This document shows, piece by piece, positions 41,937 to 51,125 of a stretch of 64,000 nt of DNA (position 1 is its first letter; the number at the start of each line of letters is the position of its first letter). The stretch spans positions 480,001-544,000 of the forward strand of contig JBJBCN010000002.1 of assembly GCA_047285805.1 (NCBI GenBank), given 5' to 3'. This DNA comes from Synechococcus sp. (GTDB lineage: Bacteria > Cyanobacteriota > Cyanobacteriia > PCC-6307 > Cyanobiaceae). The position numbers were made by a program, and so were the translations under genes. The notes below the pieces were generated by a model, which was not told the DNA's origin, made no database searches, and worked only from the letters and a program-made list of their open reading frames with translations.

Positions 41937-42191
41937 TCAGCCCTCAGCCGAAGTGGATTCCAGGGAGATGTGATTCAGCAGCGTTGTGGTGAACGCAAAA
42001 AGCAGGAAGGGCAGCGACAAGACGAGGATCAGCCCGACACCAACCAGCGCCACCATTGGCTTGCTCGTGCCCATCAGGGCTAAGCCAGCCGCCAGGCTGA
42101 CGAAGATCACCAACATCCAAATCAGGATCTGGCCGTAGATGTCGCCAAACGTCAGGGTGCAGCGCAGGCGGTAGGCAGTGCTGGTGAGCAT
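41937..42191 (-). CDS. conserved small membrane protein
   Basis: CTLTFGDIYGQI followed by two TM segments. Confidence 0.75.
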   Translation of the reverse strand: MLTSTAYRLRCTLTFGDIYGQILIWMLVIFVSLAAGLALMGTSKPMVALVGVGLILVLSLPFLLFAFTTTLLNHISLESTSAEG

Positions 42192-42274
42192 TGGTCGCTC
42201 ATCGGGGCATTTATGCCCAGCTAAGCGAGCTACGGCTTGGTTGTCTGGAGTTGTTGCGATAACGATGTTCTCCG

Positions 42275-44035
42275 TTAAGCCACCCTGCTGAGCTTCTCCT
42301 CGGCCTGTTCCCTTTCCCAGAGGCGCCTGTAGGTGCCCGGTTGCTCCAGCAGAACGTTGTGGTGCCCCTCCTGAACGAGGCGTCCCTCGTCGAGCACCAG
42401 GATCCGGTCGCAGGCTGCCGCTGCGGAGAGCTGATGGCTGATCATCAAGACTGTCCGGTCCTGTTGTCCGCGAATCGAGCCCAGAATCTCGGAGGCGGTG
42501 TTGTTGTCAACGCTGGCCAAGGCGTCATCCAGCACGAGCAGAGGCGCTTGAACGAGTAGGGCTCGTCCCAGGGCTGTGCGTTGACGTTGACCCCCACTCA
42601 GGGTGATCCCTCGCTCCCCCACCAAGGTCTCGTAGCGATCCGGGAATCCGTGAACATCGGCGGCAAGCCGGGCCTGCTCCGCGGCCTGCTCGACGCGGGA
42701 CAGGTCTGCGTTGGGCTCCCCGTAGCGGAGGTTGTCAGCGAGGGTCGCGGTGAAGAGGTAACCCTCCTGGGGCACCAGGGCGACCTGCTGCCGAAGTTGC
42801 TCAAGTTTGAGGGAAGTGATGTCGGTCCCATCGAGATAAAGCTGCCCCTGGGGCACCTCCACCATGCGGCCGAGGGCCCTGGCCAAGGTCGTTTTGCCGC
42901 ATCCGACCGGTCCAACGACGGCTACGAGCTCGCCGGGGATTAAGCGGAAACTGACGTCATTAAGGGTGTTTCGCTCCGCATCGGGATAACGCAGGGTCAA
43001 GCCGCGCGCTTCGATCCCGGCGGCTTGGCTTCCCGTTCGTCGCGGAACCGGCAGGGGAGTCGCCGGCGAAAAAATTGTTGGTTTCCGGCGAAGCAGTTCT
43101 TCGACCCTCTCGAGGGATACCTGACCGGTCTGGAAGGTGTTGAGGGTAAAGCCCAGCAGGGCCGTCGGGAAGACAAGGCGCTCGACATACAGGATCAAGG
43201 CCACCAGGTCACCGATCGATAGCCGACCGCTTTCCAGTTGTCCGCTACCCAGGGCGAGCAAGAGCAGCAGGCTGATCGATGAAATACCCTCCAGCAGCGG
43301 AAAGAGCGTGCTCCGCGTCCGAGCCAATTGCAGCGCGTCGTCCCTGTAGCGCTTGTTGCGCCGCTCGAACGCCTCCCGCTCAGTACGTTCTTGGCCGTAG
43401 ATCTTGATGGCGCTGATGCCCGAGAGGTCCTCTTGGATCAGATCGCTCAGTGCCCCCAGGGCTTCCTGTTGCCGGCGTTGTTGGCGCATCATTCGGCCGC
43501 CGAACAAGCGGACGGTGATCAGCATCAAGGGGTAGAGGCCGACTGCCGCCAGGCTGAGCAGCGGGTCGATTGCCAGCATGGCCGGCATCGTCAGGGCATA
43601 GGCCAGCGCGGTATTCGTCAGGCTCAGGACGGCAAAACCCAAGAGCCGCCGCACATTCTCCACGTCGCTGGTGGCCCTACTTATCACTTCACCACTGCCG
43701 CTGCTCTGAACCCACCCCGGCTCTTGTCGGAGCATGTGGTCAAAGATTTTTTGCTTCAGCTGGGCTTCGACCTGCCGGCCTACGCCAAAGACCAGCATCC
43801 TTGAGAACAGCCGGACGCCGCCCATCAGGGTCGCCAGCACGACGATGATCCCGGCCTGGCGCAGGACATCGCTGTAGCTGAACCCGTCCTGAAGGTCATC
43901 GATCACCCCCCGCACCATTAGTGGGATGGTGACGCTTAGAAGGTTGACGACCACCAAGGCGGCGACGCCCAACAGCACCGTGCGGCGGTAGGGCCGCAGG
44001 TAGCGCTGGATCAGACCGAAGCGGATCGCCGCCAT
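42275..44035 (-). CDS. ABC exporter, fused permease/ATPase
   Basis: GPVGCGKT, LSGGQRQR, LVLDD; N-terminal TM domain. Confidence 0.95.
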   Translation of the reverse strand: MAAIRFGLIQRYLRPYRRTVLLGVAALVVVNLLSVTIPLMVRGVIDDLQDGFSYSDVLRQAGIIVVLATLMGGVRLFSRMLVFGVGRQVEAQLKQKIFDHMLRQEPGWVQSSGSGEVISRATSDVENVRRLLGFAVLSLTNTALAYALTMPAMLAIDPLLSLAAVGLYPLMLITVRLFGGRMMRQQRRQQEALGALSDLIQEDLSGISAIKIYGQERTEREAFERRNKRYRDDALQLARTRSTLFPLLEGISSISLLLLLALGSGQLESGRLSIGDLVALILYVERLVFPTALLGFTLNTFQTGQVSLERVEELLRRKPTIFSPATPLPVPRRTGSQAAGIEARGLTLRYPDAERNTLNDVSFRLIPGELVAVVGPVGCGKTTLARALGRMVEVPQGQLYLDGTDITSLKLEQLRQQVALVPQEGYLFTATLADNLRYGEPNADLSRVEQAAEQARLAADVHGFPDRYETLVGERGITLSGGQRQRTALGRALLVQAPLLVLDDALASVDNNTASEILGSIRGQQDRTVLMISHQLSAAAACDRILVLDEGRLVQEGHHNVLLEQPGTYRRLWEREQAEEKLSRVA

Positions 44036-44124
44036 GGATAAAGGCAAGGTGTCGCCAACTTAGGCATCGCCCCCAGAACAGCGTTGTTGAGCGATGCTGT
44101 GCCGGCGCGCCCCTTCCTTCGGTG

Positions 44125-44439
44125 ATGGACGAGAACCCGCAGGTTCATCCTCTTTATGCCACCGACCGTGATCTGGTGGATCGATTGCTCGCCATAGAGG
44201 CCCCCTCTGATGCCGATCTCGTCGAGCTCGGTCGCTTGCTGATGCGCTACGAGGGATTCCCCGGTGCCTTGGATCTCCAGGAGGACCTGAAAAAGACTCT
44301 GCGTCTCTGGGGACTGAGCCTCGACCAGTTGCATCAGCGCACGCGAGCGATCTGGGCTGCCGGCTACCGCCCCGGGGCCGATGCGGCCCCCCAGGCCGTG
44401 GGCTCTGGTTTTGATACGTCCGATCAGGACAGTCCTTGA
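44125..44439 (+). CDS. DUF3288 family protein
   Basis: HPLYATDR, RLLMRYEGFPGA.DLQ, RTRAIW. Confidence 0.85.
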   Translation: MDENPQVHPLYATDRDLVDRLLAIEAPSDADLVELGRLLMRYEGFPGALDLQEDLKKTLRLWGLSLDQLHQRTRAIWAAGYRPGADAAPQAVGSGFDTSDQDSP

Positions 44440-44480
44440 GTCACGTTCTTGCTAGACACCACTTCTGATTTCTCGTTTTG

Positions 44481-45509
44481 ATGTCTGCCCCCCAGTCCTG
44501 GCCAGCCCTGCTCGATCAACTGCTGTGCGGTGAGCCCTTGGAGGCCGCCAAGGCCAAGGGCTTGATGGAGGCGTGGCTCTCAGAGCAGCTGGAGCCCGTG
44601 CAGTCCGGGGCCCTGCTCGCGGCCCTCAGGGCCAAGGGGGTGAACGGAGAAGAGCTCGCCGCCATGGCCGAGGTGTTGCGGGCCGCCGCTCCGCTCCCCT
44701 GCGAGCGCCCTGATTTGCCCTTGGTCGACACCTGCGGAACCGGTGGAGATGGGGCCAACACCTTCAATATTTCAACCGCTGTGGCGTTCGTCGCTGCCGC
44801 TTGCGGCGCTCAGGTGGCGAAGCATGGCAACCGCAGCGCCAGCGGCAAGGTGGGCTCCGCCGATGTGCTCGAAGCCGTTGGCTTGAACCTCAAAGCGCCA
44901 ACCAATCAAGTGGTTCAGGCCTTGAATGTGGCTGGAGTGACCTTCTTGTTTGCCCCGGGATGGCACCCCGCATTGGTGGGACTTGCCCCGCTGCGCCGGG
45001 CCCTCGGGGTGCGGACGGTTTTCAACCTCTTAGGTCCCCTGGTGAACCCCCTTCGTCCTGACTACCAAGTCCTCGGGGTCGGAGCGGCCGATCTGCTAGA
45101 TCCGATGGCTGATGCGCTGGCCCGTCTAGGCAGCGTCCGTGCGGTGGTCGTTTTTGGCCATGGCGGATTGGATGAAGCCTCTCTCTCCGGCCCGAGCGAG
45201 CTGCGCTTGATTCGCGACGGCGAGGTGGAGCGGCAGCTCCTGGATCCCCAGTCCTTGGGCCTCAGCCTCGCTCCAATGGAGGCCCTACGCGGCGGAGAGC
45301 TCGAGGACAACGCTCGTATTCTCGAGGCGGTGCTCCAGGGCCAGGGCACCCAAGCCCAGCAGGACGTTGTTGCGCTCAATGCGGCCTTGGTGATTTGGGC
45401 GGCCGGCCTTGCGGAGTCCGTGGAGGTGGCCCTGCCCCAGGCCCAGGCCGCCATGGCAAGCCGCAGCGCCCACGCCAAAATGCTCAACCTCCGGCAGGCC
45501 CTGGCTTAG
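44481..45509 (+). CDS. trpD: anthranilate phosphoribosyltransferase
   Basis: [25 protein letters not shown]. Confidence 0.97.
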   Translation: MSAPQSWPALLDQLLCGEPLEAAKAKGLMEAWLSEQLEPVQSGALLAALRAKGVNGEELAAMAEVLRAAAPLPCERPDLPLVDTCGTGGDGANTFNISTAVAFVAAACGAQVAKHGNRSASGKVGSADVLEAVGLNLKAPTNQVVQALNVAGVTFLFAPGWHPALVGLAPLRRALGVRTVFNLLGPLVNPLRPDYQVLGVGAADLLDPMADALARLGSVRAVVVFGHGGLDEASLSGPSELRLIRDGEVERQLLDPQSLGLSLAPMEALRGGELEDNARILEAVLQGQGTQAQQDVVALNAALVIWAAGLAESVEVALPQAQAAMASRSAHAKMLNLRQALA

Positions 45510-45534
45510 AACCCCTTTACGGGATGATGACGGC

Positions 45535-46680
45535 ATGAGCAGCACAGCGACCCCTCAGCCGGCCCTCCTTGTGTTGGCGGATGGCCTGGTGTTGCGTGGT
45601 GAAGCCTTTGGTGCCACGGCAACGGCCCTGGGCGAAGTGGTATTCAACACTGGCATGACGGGCTACCAGGAGGTCATGACCGACCCCAGCTATGCCGGGC
45701 AATTGGTCACCTTCACCTACCCCGAGCTTGGCAACACCGGGGTCAACAGCAGCGATCAAGAGGCTGATGCGCCCCATGTGCGCGGGGTGATCGCCCGTCA
45801 GCTGGCCCCCACCGAGAGCAACTGGCGCAGCGAGGGCAGCCTGGGGGCCTGGTTACAACAACACGGTGTGGTCGGTATTTCCGGCATCGACACCCGCTCC
45901 CTGGTCCGTCACCTTCGGGAAGGCGGAGCGATGAATTGCGCCATCAGTAGTGATGGCAGCACGCCGCAGCAACTGCTTGAGCGGGTGCGGGCCATGCCTT
46001 CGATGGCCGGCTTGAACCTGGCGAAGGATGTCTCAACGCGGGAGCCCTACCGCTGGTCCTCGCTCTGTCCGGCGAGCTTTGATCAGCGACTGCAGGAGAA
46101 CCCCACCACCCCCTACAAGGTTGTGGCCATTGACTTTGGGATCAAGCGGGCGATTCTCGAGCGGCTTGTGGCCCACGGCTGTGATGTCACGGTTCTCCCG
46201 GCTGACGCGACCTTGGAGCAAGTGTTGGAGAGCCAGCCCGAGGGCGTCTTCCTCTCCAATGGTCCTGGCGATCCGTCGGCTGTGACCAGTGGGATTGCCT
46301 TGGCCAAGTCCCTCGTCGAGCACAACAACCTGCCCTTGTTTGGTATTTGCCTCGGACACCAGATCCTGGGCCTGGCCCTTGGCGGCAACACCTTCAAGCT
46401 CGGTTACGGCCACCGCGGCCTGAATCACCCCTGCGGCACTACCGGCGTTGTGGAGATCACCAGCCAAAACCACGGCTTTGCCCTGGATGCGGACTCCCTA
46501 CCGGCTGATCAAATGGAGGTGACCCATTTGAATTTGAACGACCGGACCGTGGCGGCGTTTGCCCACCGCCAGAAGCCGATCTTCGGTGTCCAGTACCACC
46601 CAGAGGCCAGCCCCGGGCCCCACGATGCGGACCATCATTTCGGTCGATTTGCCACGTTGATGCGTGAGCGCCGGAGCTGA
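45535..46680 (+). CDS. carA: carbamoyl-phosphate synthase small subunit
   Basis: [38 protein letters not shown]. Confidence 0.98.
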   Translation: MSSTATPQPALLVLADGLVLRGEAFGATATALGEVVFNTGMTGYQEVMTDPSYAGQLVTFTYPELGNTGVNSSDQEADAPHVRGVIARQLAPTESNWRSEGSLGAWLQQHGVVGISGIDTRSLVRHLREGGAMNCAISSDGSTPQQLLERVRAMPSMAGLNLAKDVSTREPYRWSSLCPASFDQRLQENPTTPYKVVAIDFGIKRAILERLVAHGCDVTVLPADATLEQVLESQPEGVFLSNGPGDPSAVTSGIALAKSLVEHNNLPLFGICLGHQILGLALGGNTFKLGYGHRGLNHPCGTTGVVEITSQNHGFALDADSLPADQMEVTHLNLNDRTVAAFAHRQKPIFGVQYHPEASPGPHDADHHFGRFATLMRERRS

Positions 46681-46781
46681 TCGATCGAACTTTGTTTCGG
46701 TCCTGCCCGTTTCGAAAACCCTCATTACACTGCGATCGCCAGTGACGTCAGAGGTTCGCAGCCATCACTGATCTGCAGCGA

Positions 46782-47129
46782 TTGACCGTCTCTCTCCGCG
46801 GTGGGTTTGAACAGCAGGACGGATGCCTGCTGTTCAGTTTCACCGGACAGTTGGATGCCTACTCCGAGAAGCAATTTCTCGCGTTCATCAACGACCACCT
46901 CACCAGCACACCTCAGCCGCTGGTGCTGGATCTGAGCAAGATCGATTTCATCGACTCTTCCGGTTTGGGTGCCCTGGTGCAGTTCGCGAAGCATTGCAAT
47001 GACCAGAAGATCCAGTTCCTGGTGGTCGGCAATGCCCGGGTCGTGCAGACGGTGAAACTGGTAAGGCTTGAGGAGTTTCTCCATCTCCAGCCCGACCTCA
47101 ACACCGCCCTCGGATCCATCGCCGCCTGA
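46782..47129 (+). CDS. STAS domain protein (anti-sigma factor antagonist)
   Basis: GQLDAYS, LDLSKIDFIDSSGLGALV. Confidence 0.92.
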   Translation: MTVSLRGGFEQQDGCLLFSFTGQLDAYSEKQFLAFINDHLTSTPQPLVLDLSKIDFIDSSGLGALVQFAKHCNDQKIQFLVVGNARVVQTVKLVRLEEFLHLQPDLNTALGSIAA

Positions 47130-47142
47130 TTCGGCCGCCTGG

Positions 47143-47532
47143 ATGACCCAACTCCAACCGCCGGGATGGCCCGGGGAGTTGGGTCCACTTCAATTGGCCT
47201 GGCTTGGCGACGCCGTCTGGGAGCTGCACCAGCGCATCCGCCGTTGCCGCCAACCCGGCAGGAGTGCCGATTTGCATCGCGCTGTCGTGGCGGATGTCCG
47301 TGCTGATGCCCAAGCCCATGCTCTTGATCGCCTGCAGGAGAACGGCTTTCTCAGGAAGGAGGAACTGGAGTGGGTGCGCAAAGGCCGCAATAAAGCGGGC
47401 AGGGGGCCTCGCAAGGGGGAGGCAGGTCTCTATGGAAAGGCCACGGGATTTGAGACAATGGTTGGCTGGCTCTTTCTGCAGAACCCCAGCCGCCTTGCAC
47501 AGCTGCTGGCAGAACTCGAGGACGCCGACTGA
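47143..47532 (+). CDS. mrnC: mini-ribonuclease III
   Basis: LAWLGDAVWE, V.A.AQA, GRN, ATGFET.VGWL. Confidence 0.88.
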   Translation: MTQLQPPGWPGELGPLQLAWLGDAVWELHQRIRRCRQPGRSADLHRAVVADVRADAQAHALDRLQENGFLRKEELEWVRKGRNKAGRGPRKGEAGLYGKATGFETMVGWLFLQNPSRLAQLLAELEDAD

Positions 47533-47553
47533 TAACCCTTTTGCTTGAAAACC

Positions 47554-49200
47554 ATGAGCCCTCGTTTTGATCGTCGTAATGACCAGCGTTCGGGCTCTGG
47601 CGGAGGCAAACCTCCCCGTTCCGGAGGGCGCTTTGGTGGCGAACGCTCAGGTGGGGACCGCCGCGGTGATCGCTTCGACTCTGATCGGGGGGGCGAGCGG
47701 TATGGCTCCGCTCGCGGTGGTGACCGCTTTGGTGGCGGTGAAGAAGGCGGTGGTGGTCGTCCTGGGTATCGCGCCGGTGGGCGTACCGCAGGCCGTCCTG
47801 GCGTTAGGCCCGGTGGGCGTCCCGGTTTCCGTGGAGGTTCCTCCCGTCCCTTCTCTCCCCGCGGTGAATGGCGCCCTGATGGGGAGGGGCGCGGAGGAGC
47901 CGGCCAGGGACGTGAGCGCTTTTCCCGTCCTGAGGGCCGTTCGGAGGGCCGCGGTGATGCCTCGAGCCGACCGGAGCGTCGTGGTGCCCGCCCCCAAGGC
48001 CGCCCGTTTCTGAAAGGGCGTGGTGCAGACCGTTACCGCGACGCTGGTTCAGAAAGTGGTCGTGGTGGCGGCAAGGGCCGTTTGGGTGGAGCTCGTGACG
48101 ATCAGCGCGCTGGTCGCAAGCCCTTCAGCCGCGACCGGGATCAGGGCAAACCCATCGCCGTTGAGGTTCCGGTCGGTGAGGCCGAACGCTTCAACGCCTA
48201 TCCCGCCGATGACCTGATCTGGGGCCGCCATGCCGCCCTGGCGGCCCTTGAAAGCGGCCGGCCTGTGCACCGCATTTGGTGCACCCCTGAGATGCGCTTC
48301 CAGCCCCGTTTCCTTCAGCTGCTGCGCGAAGCGAAGTCCGCCGGCGTTCTGGTCGAAGAGGTCACCTGGTCCCGCCTGGGTCAGCTGACCAATGGTGCGG
48401 TTCACCAGGGCATCGTCTTGCAGGCCGCTGCAGCCGACACCTTGGATTTGGGGAGCTTGATTGATGGTTGCCGTGACCTGGGGGAGCCACCTCTGTTGAT
48501 GGCACTCGACGGCATTACCGATCCCCACAACCTCGGGGCGATCGTCCGCAGTGCGGAGGCGTTGGGGGCCCATGGTCTGGTTCTACCGCAGCGGCGAAGT
48601 GCTGGCCTGACCGGTTCGGTCGCCAAAGTGGCCGCCGGTGCCCTGGAGCACCTCCCGGTGGCCCGGGTGGTCAACTTGAACCGGGCCCTCGACAGCCTCA
48701 AGAACGAGGGCTACCGCGTGATCGGCCTGGCCGGTGAGGGCAGCGTCGCCCTTGGCGAGGCCGACCTGGATGGTCCCTTGGTGGTGGTGACGGGTTCGGA
48801 GGGTGATGGCCTCTCGATGCTGACCCGCAAGCACTGCGATCAGTTGGTGCGGATTCCGATCCGAGGCGCGACCCCCAGCCTTAATGCGTCGGTGGCCACG
48901 GCGATGGTGCTTTACGAAGTGGCTCGCCGCGGATGGATGCAGAAGATTTCTGGCGCTGCGCCCGCCCCGCGGATCGTGCGCCCGCAAATGCCTACTCCGC
49001 CCCCGCTGGAACTGCCTGAAGAGGAGATCGTTAGTGAGGCCGGGGAGGCCGAGGCGACCGTCAGCGCCGCCGAAGAGGTCCGTGCAGAGAAGATCGTTGC
49101 CGATGTGATGGCTGATTTGCAGGACGAGGGCCCGACCAGCCCGGATCAGGTCGATGGCTCTGATCCCTCCGCGACGTTCTCCTCCGACATCAAGCTCTGA
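47554..49200 (+). CDS. rlmB: 23S rRNA Gm2251 methyltransferase with a long Arg/Gly-rich N-terminal extension
   Basis: WGRH, HQGI, LDGITDPHNLGAIVRSA, GSEG.G, SLNASVA. Confidence 0.93.
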   Translation: MSPRFDRRNDQRSGSGGGKPPRSGGRFGGERSGGDRRGDRFDSDRGGERYGSARGGDRFGGGEEGGGGRPGYRAGGRTAGRPGVRPGGRPGFRGGSSRPFSPRGEWRPDGEGRGGAGQGRERFSRPEGRSEGRGDASSRPERRGARPQGRPFLKGRGADRYRDAGSESGRGGGKGRLGGARDDQRAGRKPFSRDRDQGKPIAVEVPVGEAERFNAYPADDLIWGRHAALAALESGRPVHRIWCTPEMRFQPRFLQLLREAKSAGVLVEEVTWSRLGQLTNGAVHQGIVLQAAAADTLDLGSLIDGCRDLGEPPLLMALDGITDPHNLGAIVRSAEALGAHGLVLPQRRSAGLTGSVAKVAAGALEHLPVARVVNLNRALDSLKNEGYRVIGLAGEGSVALGEADLDGPLVVVTGSEGDGLSMLTRKHCDQLVRIPIRGATPSLNASVATAMVLYEVARRGWMQKISGAAPAPRIVRPQMPTPPPLELPEEEIVSEAGEAEATVSAAEEVRAEKIVADVMADLQDEGPTSPDQVDGSDPSATFSSDIKL

Positions 49201-49253
49201 TTGCTGCGCTGGGCCAATCCGGAGCCACAATGGGTTTATCGCCTTCCCCCTGG

Positions 49254-49499
49254 ATGACACCGCTTCTTCGGCCGCTGCGCAGCATTGCAAACGGGTTTGG
49301 GATGGCTTGGTGGGCCAGGGTTGAGACCAGGCAGCCCGACGTGACTTATTGGTTTGGTCCCTACATACGGCGCACCAGCCTGGAGTCGGCGCTTCCCCCG
49401 TTTCTGGCGGATCTGCGCAGTGAAGGGGCTGGACAGATCAACCACACCATGCTGAAGACCCGGCGGTCCGAGCCGTTTACCATTGCTTCCGAGAGCTGA
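49254..49499 (+). CDS. DUF1816 family protein
   Basis: AWWARVET..P.VTYWFGP. Confidence 0.85.
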   Translation: MTPLLRPLRSIANGFGMAWWARVETRQPDVTYWFGPYIRRTSLESALPPFLADLRSEGAGQINHTMLKTRRSEPFTIASES

Positions 49500-49558
49500 G
49501 CGTCTGAAGCACCACTGGTTGACTGATAGCGTCAACTCTTGGTTTGGACCTGGGTTTG

Positions 49559-51019
49559 ATGGGTATCGCCGAGTGGCGCGACCAGCTCAAGAGCGGCGAT
49601 GTCTCCGCCCGGGAGCTCACCGACCATCACCTCAGCCGGATTGAGGCGGTCGAGCCCAGCGTCAATGCCTACACCGAGGTCACCGCTGAGCGGGCCAGGG
49701 CCGATGCGGATCGCATCGATGCCCTGAGGGCCTCTGGCGCTGAACTCCCGCCGCTGGCCGGCGTCCCTTTGGCGATCAAGGACAACCTCTGCACCCGGGG
49801 CATCCGTACGACCTGCTCCAGCAGGATGCTTGAGTATTTTGTCCCCCCCTATGAATCCACCGTGACCGAACGCCTCTGGGGCGCTGGTGCGGTGTTGCTG
49901 GGCAAGACCAACCTCGATGAGTTCGCCATGGGCAGCTCCACCGAGACCTCGTTCTTCGGTCCCAGCCGCAACCCCTGGAACACCGAGAAGGTTCCTGGGG
50001 GTAGTTCCGGCGGCAGTGCCGCCGCGGTGGCGGCTGGCGAGTGCGTGGGTTCCCTGGGATCAGATACCGGTGGCTCCATTCGCCAGCCCGCCTCCTTCTG
50101 CGGGATCGTTGGCCTGAAGCCCACCTATGGACGGGTCAGCCGTTATGGCTTGGTGGCATTTGCCAGCTCCCTGGATCAGGTTGGCCCCTTTGCGAACAGC
50201 GTCTCCGATGCGGCTGAACTGCTCCAGGTGATCGCTGGGGAGGATCCACGTGATTCCACCTGCTTGGAGGCCCCTGTTCCCGATTTCCGGGCCGCTCTGA
50301 CACTGCCCGTGGCCGGCCTCAGGGTCGGTATCGTTCGGGAATGCTTTGAAGCGGAGGGTCTGCATCCCGAGGTCAAGGCCTCGGTGATGGCCGCCGCCGC
50401 CCAACTCGAGGCTCTGGGCTGTGACCTTGTCGATGTCAGCTGCCCGCGTTTTAACGATGGGATCGCGACTTACTACGTCATTGCTCCATCGGAGGCATCC
50501 GCCAACTTGGCTCGCTATGACGGTGTGAAGTACGGCTACCGCGCCGAAGACGCCGCAAGCCTCGCTGAAATGACCTCCCGCAGCCGGGCTGAAGCATTCG
50601 GCGATGAGGTGAAACGTCGCATCCTGATCGGCACTTACGCCTTGTCCGCTGGCTACGTCGACGCTTATTACAAAAAGGCCCAGCAGGTCCGGACCCTGAT
50701 CCGTCGTGACTTTGATGCGGCCTTTGGTCAGGTCGACGTCCTGCTGACCCCTACCTCACCGACCACCGCGTTTGGCTTTGGCGCCCATGCAGAAGACCCC
50801 CTTGCCATGTACCTGGCCGACCTGCTGACGATCCCCGCGAACATGGCGGGCTTGCCGGCCATCAGTCTCCCTTGTGGCTTCGATGGTGTGGGCCTGCCGA
50901 TCGGTGTGCAGCTGATCGCGGGCGTGTTGCAGGAGGAGCGTCTGCTCCAGGTCGCCTACCACTACGAGCAGGCCGCTCGGGTGATGGAGAAACGTCCCCG
51001 GGCCTCCCTGGTGCCCTGA
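49559..51019 (+). CDS. gatA: Asp/Glu-tRNA amidotransferase subunit A
   Basis: [36 protein letters not shown]. Confidence 0.98.
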   Translation: MGIAEWRDQLKSGDVSARELTDHHLSRIEAVEPSVNAYTEVTAERARADADRIDALRASGAELPPLAGVPLAIKDNLCTRGIRTTCSSRMLEYFVPPYESTVTERLWGAGAVLLGKTNLDEFAMGSSTETSFFGPSRNPWNTEKVPGGSSGGSAAAVAAGECVGSLGSDTGGSIRQPASFCGIVGLKPTYGRVSRYGLVAFASSLDQVGPFANSVSDAAELLQVIAGEDPRDSTCLEAPVPDFRAALTLPVAGLRVGIVRECFEAEGLHPEVKASVMAAAAQLEALGCDLVDVSCPRFNDGIATYYVIAPSEASANLARYDGVKYGYRAEDAASLAEMTSRSRAEAFGDEVKRRILIGTYALSAGYVDAYYKKAQQVRTLIRRDFDAAFGQVDVLLTPTSPTTAFGFGAHAEDPLAMYLADLLTIPANMAGLPAISLPCGFDGVGLPIGVQLIAGVLQEERLLQVAYHYEQAARVMEKRPRASLVP

Positions 51020-51125
51020 TCACTAGGGCTGGCGTGTCGGACTGACGAACTGGCGAGTGAAGCCCTGAATCTGGTGTTGCCGGCTTAGCCTGGCACCAGT
51101 CTTGGCTCCATCGCTTTCTCCGCGC

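Noticed and set aside
47580..48140. Repetitive G-rich DNA as a possible CRISPR or tandem array
   Set aside because: Explained by the low-complexity RlmB N-terminus; no fixed repeat-spacer period and no cas genes in the window.
51020..51100. Short inverted repeats between gatA and dnaE
   Set aside because: Stems are short and interrupted, as expected by chance at this GC content; no U-tract or known motif.
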